Of a DNA stretch of 61,989 nucleotides, positions 53,859 to 61,989 are shown one piece after another. Position 1 is the stretch's first letter, and each line of letters opens with the position of its first letter. The DNA comes from Carcharhinus longimanus (lineage: Eukaryota). The notes under the pieces were generated by a model. The model had not been told where the DNA came from. It worked only from the letters and a program-made list of their open reading frames with translations, and made no database searches. The stretch spans positions 100,283,279 through 100,345,267 of the forward strand of contig JASCQW010000027.1 in the NCBI GenBank assembly GCA_030264375.1, read 5' to 3'. The position numbers and the translations under genes are program-made.

Positions 53859-56057
53859 TAAATTTAAAATGTAAGCAGAATGCAAAGGGTTCTTCCACTG
53901 ACTGAGCTTGCTCTATGACTAGATGAGTTACAGAGATCAGATGTGTCACTTTAGTTATGCCAAACTGGTTCCTCTCAGCTTGGGCAGCAGCTGTTAAAAT
54001 TGGCCCAAGAACCTTTGTGCAAGGAAAAGAAGTGGCAGAAATTATACTCCAGTTTGCTGTCGAGTGACTTTTACTTTGTGCAGATGTATAAACATCAGGT
54101 GGGGGCAGGCTTAAGCTCAGGTCACCTGCTGATACCCGAGCCTTTATGTTTTACCCTCGAGCCTCAAGTTCAGGAAACTGCTCAAAACGTTCCCTCGTGG
54201 ATTTGCTATCGTTCCTGCTTTACTATTGTTGGGTATCTGAAATCCCATACGTTGTGTATCAGCAGTGCTGGAGTTGAAAGAGGCAAGTTACTGGATTAAG
54301 TTTCAAGGATCTCCTTGTTTCATGGAATCCATCAGTAAGCCTGCCATAAATATGAGCCCAGTAGATCTGCTGGAGTTTGCATTCACTGAGATAGACACCA
54401 ACCTGGTCGGAAAAGTCCTGTCCTCAGTATGGAGTTTCATACATGAGTAATGACTCATTGGCTGAGATACTACAGATCAATGCTCAGGAAACCATAAGCC
54501 CAATTATAAGTGTGAGTCAGAAAGCACAGTGATACAATGCACAGACCCGGCAACCGAAAGCCAGTAATGAGATATTAACAAAATCTTGTTTCTTCATTTC
54601 TCACAACCTTTAGTTTAAGAAGGGAATGCAATTAGTTGGCGAGCTGGAGAAACATTTCAGCTATTTCTAGCCTGAAAATCAAGAATGAAAACATTCCAAC
54701 CCTTGGTTTTAAGATTGCAATTAAGGATTACTAAATTCTACAATCTCTTCTTTCCTTCTCTATCCATAATATACTTTGTCTGTATAGCCCACAAGAAACA
54801 ATACTTTTCACACTATACCAATACAAGTGGCAGTAACAAATCAAACCAAATCTTGACATGATTGAATGTTTGATACTGTGATATTTGAAGTACTTGTCTT
54901 TCTGCTGTTAACATCAGAATGTTATTTTTGCACCAGGTATTTCTGTACCTTGTCCATGTTAGCATCAATCCACAGTTCGCATGTCGTGAAGTCACATTGG
55001 AGCAATCAGCAAAACTTCAATTCAGGGACTGAAACAAAAGACTTGGTAGTAGCAATATGGAAAAGAAATTGTCCTTTGTGAAATATAGCTCAATTACATT
55101 TTCTACTAAGACTTTCACGTTTTTCATTTCTTATGTGGCTTTAAGCAAAGAAATGCTGAGAGAAATGTAATAATAATTACAAATAAATTACCCACATTTT
55201 GAGACCTATTACATTTCCTCCATGTCTTTTTGTCTGAAGATGAGTTAATTTCTATTCAGTCACAAGTTTGAGAAAAGGATCTACTAAAATAGGAAGGGTC
55301 AAGGGAGAAGCGAATGCATTGATTAATATGATGAATTTTACCCTTGCAAGAATGAGAAACTTATTCCCTCGAATAATTATACAAGTTTGCACAGATTCCA
55401 CTTTTCAATGGGTTTGTGTGAAGAGACTTCTGAAAATGTCCAAGCATGCAACCAATGGAACTGACCCACCATATCTCGGTCGAGTTACTTCTGTCGATTG
55501 AGTAAGCACTGCTCAATCTGGCATTTTTCCTTTCACCTTTTCTTGGCAGCATTTTTCCATCCAGCAGATAATCTCTCAAGACTATTAACTCCAAAAAATT
55601 GGACCATTGGCCCACCTGCTCCCTAACTAGAATTCAGACAGGATTTCAATCTTATTTCTTCGTTATGAACTCTTTGTTGGATTCAAGTTGTTAGAGCTCA
55701 TGGCTGTTGTTTCACTTCCCTCCTGGATAATGACATTGAAGAAGAATTTACATCAAATCTACACCTACTTGTGAACTTGTCATATTCTTTACCTGAAGGT
55801 TTTGTGCAGTGACCCATCCTTTTTGGTTCTCCAGAATAGATAAGAGTCAGTTTTTTTTTCGTTAACTTTCTTGTGCCAAAATTAGCAATGAGAAGAGAAT
55901 ACTGGTATGTTTTACTACCACTCAGTATCTTTCATGCAGAGGATTATCAGTTATAAGTGAGAGATCAAGGAACTGTAGCACTTCATTTCTTTGCTTAAAG
56001 CCACTTAAGAAATGAAAAACGTGCAATTCTTAGTAGAAAATGTAACTGAGCTACATA

Positions 56058-56805
56058 GGATTTATTGTTGTCACATGTATCGTTATACAGTGAAAAGTAT
56101 TGTTTCTTGCACACTATGCAAAACATACCGTACATTGAGAAGAAAGGCGAGAGTACACAATGCATCCTGCAGCGCCAGTTCTGCTTTCCAAAAATGGCCA
56201 GCGTATAGATAATCAAAATGTGAAGTAGGTCCATTCACGGCAGCAGGGAAAAAGCTGTTCTTGAGTCGGTTGATATGTGTCCTGAAAGTTTTGTATCTTT
56301 TTTGCGACGGAATAAGGTGGAAGAGAATGTGCCTGGGGTGCGTGGGGTCCTTGATTATGCTAGCAGCTTTTCCGAGGCAGCGGAAAATGTAGGCAGAGTC
56401 AATGGGTGGGAGGCAGGTTTGCATGATGGATTGGGCTACATTCACAACCTTTTGTAATTTCTTGCAGTTTTGGGTAGAGCAGGAACTATACCAAGCTGTG
56501 ATACAACCAGAAAGAATACTTTCTATGGTTCATCTGTAAAAGCTGGTGAGAGTTGTAGCTGGCATGCCAAATTTTCTTAGTCTCCTGAGAAAATGGAAGA
56601 GTTGGTGGGCTTTCGTAACTATAGTGTCGGCATGGGGGGACCAGGACAGGTGATTGGTGATCTGGACACCTAAAAACTTGCAGCGCTCAACCCTTTCCAC
56701 TTTGTCCGCATTAATGTAGAAAAGGGCACGTTCTCTTCTGCACTTCTTGAAGCTAATGACAATCTCCTTCCTTGTGTTGACATTGACGGAGATGTTATTG
56801 TCATC
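56058..56805 (-). mobile_element. Rex1/Babar LINE 3' portion
   Basis: KFLGVQITNHLSWSPHADTIVTKAHQLFHFLRRLRKF; KDPTHPRHILF..RLKNSFFP. Confidence 0.9.
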
Positions 56806-57032
56806 GTCATTAAGGAGGAAATTGCGAGGCATCTTGAAGGGAATTGCTTGATAGGGCAGACGCAGCACGGTTTCATTAAAGGGAAGTCGTGTCTGACAAA
56901 TTTACTGGAGTTCTATGAGGATGTGTCTAGGGNNNNNNNNNNNNNNNNNNNNNNNNNNNNNNNNNNNNNNNNNNNNNNNNNNNNNNNNNNNNNNNNNNNN
57001 NNNNNNNNNNNNNNNNNNNNNNNNNNNNNNNN

Positions 57033-58100
57033 TTACCTTCTGCAATAACCTCTTGTGAGGTACCTTGTCAAGTATTGTCTTGATAACTCATGATTTTGAA
57101 TACCTGTTAAATGGCCTCTCAATCTCCTCTTCTCTAAGGAGAGCAACCCCAATTTCTCTAATTTACCCACATAACTGAAAGCCCTCAGCCATGGAACCAC
57201 TAAATCTTTCTGCACCCACTTTAAGGTATTCACATCTTTTTTGAAAGAGCATTTCCCAGAATTAAATACAAAGCTCCAGTTGAAACAAAACCAATATTTT
57301 ATTCGTGTTCATCATAACTTGCTTCCTTCTGTATTCTATGTCTCTTTCATAAAGCCCAAGATCCCATTTGCTCATTTCACTACTTTTTCAATCTGCTGTC
57401 ACCTTCAGCAATTTCAGCAATATAATCTCTGGTGTCTGTGTTCCTGCACCACGTTTAGAATTGTATCCTTTAGTTTGTATTGCCTCTTCTCATTCATCTT
57501 TCCGAAATCTGTTACTTCATATTTTCTGCATTAAATTTCATTTGCATTATGTCAGTCCATTCCACTAATCTATGAATTCCTGAAATCTACCATTATCCTC
57601 CTTACAGTTCTTCATGTTTCTAAGTATTGTCTACAAATTTTGAAGCTGTGCCCTTTATAAATCAAATCTAGGTCATTAATATAGTTCATGAAAAGCACTG
57701 GTCCATGCACAAACTGTTGGGGAACTTCACTATCCATCTATAACCAAAAGAAAAAATGCTGGAAAATCTCAGCAGGTCTGGCAGCATCTATAAAGGAGAG
57801 ATATGAGCTGATGTTTCAAGTCCAGATGACCCTTTGTCAAAGCTTTGACAAAGGGTCGTCTGGACTCTCGATGCATCTTATAGATGTTGCCAGACCTGCT
57901 GAGATTTTCCAGCATTTTCTCTTTTGGTTTCAGATTCCAGCATTTGCAATAATTTGTTTTTATTCATGATCTATAATCTTCCATTCTGAAAAGAAAACAT
58001 TCACCACTACTCTGTTTGCTGTTACTCAAAGTTTGTATCCATGGTGTCACTTTCACTTTCCCTTTGAGCTTCCACTTTGCTGTCAAGCCTATTATGTTGC
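57033..58100 (-). mobile_element. Old CR1 remnant hosting a palindromic insertion
   Basis: LEKLGLLSLEKRRLRG peptide and reverse CR1 RT nucleotide motifs. Confidence 0.7.
57742..57960. repeat. ~190-bp palindrome, Penelope-derived
   Basis: aaccaaaagaaaaaatgctggaaaatctcagcaggtctggcagcatctataa...gaccctttgtcaaag|ctttgacaaagggtc...ttatagatgttgccagacctgctgagattttccagcattttctcttttggtt; centre at 57842/57843. Confidence 0.9.
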
Positions 58101-58547
58101 ACTAAAATGTTAATCAACTCATTCAATCATACACCTCACTGTCCTGACTGTTACAGTTTGTCCAGTATTAGTGTAATTTTAATTGGGCCATCCAAAAAAG
58201 TTCAAAGGCATGATCATTTAGATATTTTACAAACTTTAAACACGACTTAAAAATTTAGGGAAGCATCAAAAGTGGAATTGCCAACTCCACAGCATCTTAC
58301 AGGGCAGATGGAAGCCATTCAGTCCATCTTGCCCATGCTGATTTACTGAAAGGGCTATCCAATCAGGCCAACTTTCTCATTCTTTCCCCATTGGTCGGTA
58401 CAATATTTATTATTTGTTTCTTCTTTCCTCTTTTGTGATTTTTTCATACCCTTGTTCCTTCATGCCTCTGACATGTCATGAAGCACCTAGGCAGACTTCC
58501 TAGCCCAGTATCTCAGCTAGGGTGTCAGACTGCAAAGCATTTGGATT

Positions 58548-59812
58548 AATTGATTTGATTTAGTACTATAACATGTATTGGTATACAGTGAAAAGTACTG
58601 TTTCGCTAATGCTATACAGACAAAGCATACCGTTCATAGAGAAGGAAATGAGAGTGCAGATAGTAGTGTTACAATCATATTAGGGTGTAGAGAAAGATCA
58701 AATTAATGCAAGGCAAGTCCATTCAAAAGTCTGATGGCAGCAGGGAAGAAGCTGTTCTCGAGTTGGTCGGTACATGACTTCAGACTTTTGTGTCCTTTTG
58801 CTGATGGAAGAAAGTGGAAGACAGTATGTCAAGGGTGCATGGGATCCTCAATTATGCTCGCTGCTTTGCCCAAGCAATAGGAAGTGAGCAGAGTCTGATA
58901 GAGTCAATGGATGGGAGGCTGGTTTGCATGACGGATTGGGCTACATTCACAACCTTTTGTAGTTTGAGATCTTGGGTAGAGCAGGAGCCATACAAAGCTG
59001 TGATGCACCATAGAAAGCATTCTTTCTGGTTGTATCTGTAAAAGCTGGTGAGAGTTGTAATTGACATGCCAAATTTTCTTAGCCTTCTGAGAAAATAAAG
59101 GCTTTGGTGGGCTTTCCTAATTATAGTAACGGCATGGGGGAACCAGGATAAGTTGTTGGTGATCTGAACATCTAAAAACTTGAAGCTCTTGACCATTTCT
59201 ACTTCGTCCCCATTGATGTAGACAGGGGCATGCTTCCTGAAATCGATGACTATTTCCTTCATTTTGTTGACCTTGAGGGAGAGATTATTGTCGTCGCACC
59301 AGTTCACTGTCTTCTTTATCTCTTTCCTTCTCTCGCTGTTTCCTGTACTCCATCTTGTCATTGTTTGAAATCTGACCCACTGCAGTGGTATCATCAGCAA
59401 ACTAGAAAATTGAGTTGGAAGGAAATTTATCCACAGTCATAGGTATATGAGGAGTATAATAAGGGACTGAAGACACAGCCTTGTGGGCACTGGTGTTGAG
59501 GATGATCATGAAGGAGGTGTTGCCTAACTTAACTGATTGCAGTTTTGGATCATAGAATCCTACAGGTGTATGAGGAGGCCATTTGGCCCATCGAGTCTGC
59601 ACCGACCACAGTGCCACCAGACCCGATGCCCATAACCCCCATGTGGGTTATGAATTTCAGAATCCAGTCGCAGAGGGAGGAGCCAAGCCTCAGTCACAGA
59701 GCTTGGGGGTGAATTTTGTCGGAACAGTTGTGTTGAAGGCTGAGCTGTAGTCAATAAATAGGAGTCTGACGGAGGTGTCCTTTGTTATCTAGGTGTCCCA
59801 GGGTTGAGTGCA
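58548..59812 (-). mobile_element. Rex1/Babar LINE with nested SINE tail (59549-59645)
   Basis: WCDDNNLSLKVNKMKEIVIDFRK and FKFLDVQITNNLSW..RKAHQSLYFLRRLRKF. Confidence 0.9.
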
Positions 59813-61146
59813 AGCAACAGCAATTTCTCTGGATTTCCTCATTTTGATAGCACCAATAATTAAATGTGAATGAAAACTTTTTCTTCTATATTCAAAACAG
59901 GGACATTTTGTCACTCGTGAAAAATTCGTGAATACCTTGTGGCTGAATCAAAGGTTGTAATGTTCTTATCTTGACAAACGGAACAGAATGGCTGCTTTGT
60001 CTTAGCTGAAACATGTGCTTGTTTTCCATAGCTTTTAAAGGCATTCATTGAAATAATTGTGGATCAAAACTTGTTTAATTTATCCATTTTAAGCCTTAAT
60101 TTAAGTAATTAGTTGATGAATACTTAATAGGTAATTTTACTGTAGAACACATTCTGCTAAAGATCTCCAATTTGCTATTCAGCAGATATAATGAGTGTAA
60201 AATAAGTCGACAAACTCTGCAATTTACATGAGGAAGAGATTTGATGTAGATAGTAGAAATACATGAAATATCTATATCTAATAAAGGAAACTGAAGCAAA
60301 TCACGCCATTATTGATCATAGTGTGGGGCAGTGAATTTATATTAGCTCGTGATGGTGCCTTGATATTAACTCATGATGTTGCATTGTTCTGAGTCAGTGA
60401 TATGTTGACCTGTAATGTTGAATTAATATCAAACTGTGCGTGTTGAATTGTCTGCAGCTGATGATGTTGGATTGACAATGTCATGCACTGATAAATTTAC
60501 AATGGTCTGTGACCCTTAGAAGATTTCCATTCATAATGGTGAATTTTCCAGAGGGTATGATGTCAAATGTAAAGGTTAATGTCAGTGCGTGCAAAAAAAA
60601 CACTGAAATGTGAATTGGTTGCCCTGCATACGTCCCAACCACAAGCCTAAAAACAAAAGTGACTACTTTATAAATGTGCCTTATTGAAAACATCTGCAAA
60701 GAACACTAGACTCCTGTCACCCAGGATTAACAGCATGGGACGCTTCGATGACTTAAGGGTGTTGCACCCAACACAGCCCACTGATCTTGAGCTGTTTGTT
60801 CTTTAAATCATGTCGTTTCCAATGTGAGTGTTGCATTTCAAGTCTGTACTCCAATGATTCATTTAAATACTCAGAGTTTGTTCAATTAACCATTCGGATT
60901 TGCGTCATATAAAAAAAAAACTATTCCGATCAATAAAGAGCAAGCAGATTATTTAAAAGCAGTCAGATAAACCCGGAATCAGCAATTCTTGTCAATATTG
61001 TTGAAAAAATGTTTTTCCAATTTGCTTTGGTGGCTGCTGTGTAATTTGTCGACTCGCAACGCTAAGGATTTATAACATAATAAATACATTGAAACATTGT
61101 CTGACTCCAAAAAATATTAACCTTACCGCAACAATACCCATTGTAT

Positions 61147-61810
61147 TAAGAACAAAGAAAATTATAGCTCAGGAACAGGCCCTTCGGCCCTTTAAGCTTG
61201 CATTGACCATGCTGCCCAACTGACTAAAACCCCCTATTCTTCCAGGGACCATAACCCTTCATTCCCATCCTATTCAAGTATTTGTCAAGATGCCCCTTAA
61301 AATTCATAAACGTATCTGCTTCCACCACCTCCCCTGGCAACGAGTTCCAGGCACCCACCACACTCGGTGTAAAAAAAAACTTGCCTCGTACATCTCCTTT
61401 AAACTCTGCCCCTTGCACTTTAAACCTACGTCCCCTAATAATTGATTCTTCCACCCTGGAAAAAAGCTTCTGACTATCGAATTTGTCCTTGCCCCTCATC
61501 ATCTTGTAGACTTGTATTAGGACTTCTGTCAACCTCCGTCATTCCACTGAGAACAAATCAAGTTTCTCCAACCTCTCCTCATAGCTCATGCTTTCCATAC
61601 CAGGCAACATTCCTGGTAATCTTTTCTGTGCCCTCTCCAAAGCCTCCATATCCTTTTGGTAGTGTGGAGACCCAAACTGAACACACTATTCCAAGTGTGG
61701 CCAAACTAAGGTTCTATATAGCTGCAACATGACTTGCCGATTTTTAAACTTAGTGCCCGGTCGATGAAGGCGAGCATGCCGCCTGCCTTTTTGACTACCT
61801 TCTCCACCTG
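61147..61810 (-). mobile_element. CR1 LINE 3' portion
   Basis: MLQLYRTLVWPHLE and VVGAWNSLPGEVVEA peptides; CR1-type 3' tail at ~61147. Confidence 0.9.
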
Positions 61811-61914
61811 AAGCATTTAATTCATAGGGAGATGAAGGACAGGTGACATGGGGGAAAACCCGATGCTTATTGATTATCGTGTCAGATTTCTGAACCTTTA
61901 CTTCTTTCAAATAC

Positions 61915-61989
61915 GTAAGAACATAAGAAATAGGAGCAGGAGTAGGCCATCTGGCCCTTCGAGCCTGCCCCGCCATTCAATAAGATCAT
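61915..61989 (-). mobile_element. CR1 3' end, running off the window
   Basis: taagaacataagaaataggagcaggagtaggccatctggccc. Confidence 0.85.

Overview
Vertebrate genomic DNA, most likely from a shark or ray, judged by HE1-type V-SINEs, CR1/HER1-type LINEs and Deu-type SINEs; the window has 9 assembly gaps. It appears to be intronic sequence of CSMD1, with one 113-bp coding exon (53612-53724, + strand, CUB1 domain). The rest is mostly decayed transposable elements: CR1, L2, RTE, Rex1/Babar, Penelope-like elements with hammerhead-ribozyme cores, a GalEa-type Copia element and SINEs. The main finding is an endogenous viral element on the minus strand at about 11150 to 2998. It is a heavily decayed but apparently near full-length L (polymerase) gene of a paramyxovirus-like negative-strand RNA virus (Mononegavirales). 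By-eye translation recovers RdRp pre-A/A/B/C/D motifs, capping-domain GxxT and HR-like motifs, connector, methyltransferase and the C-terminal stop, all in correct colinear order. At least four later TE insertions split it. All protein comparisons were made by eye against recalled family consensus motifs, not by database search, and repeat boundaries are approximate.
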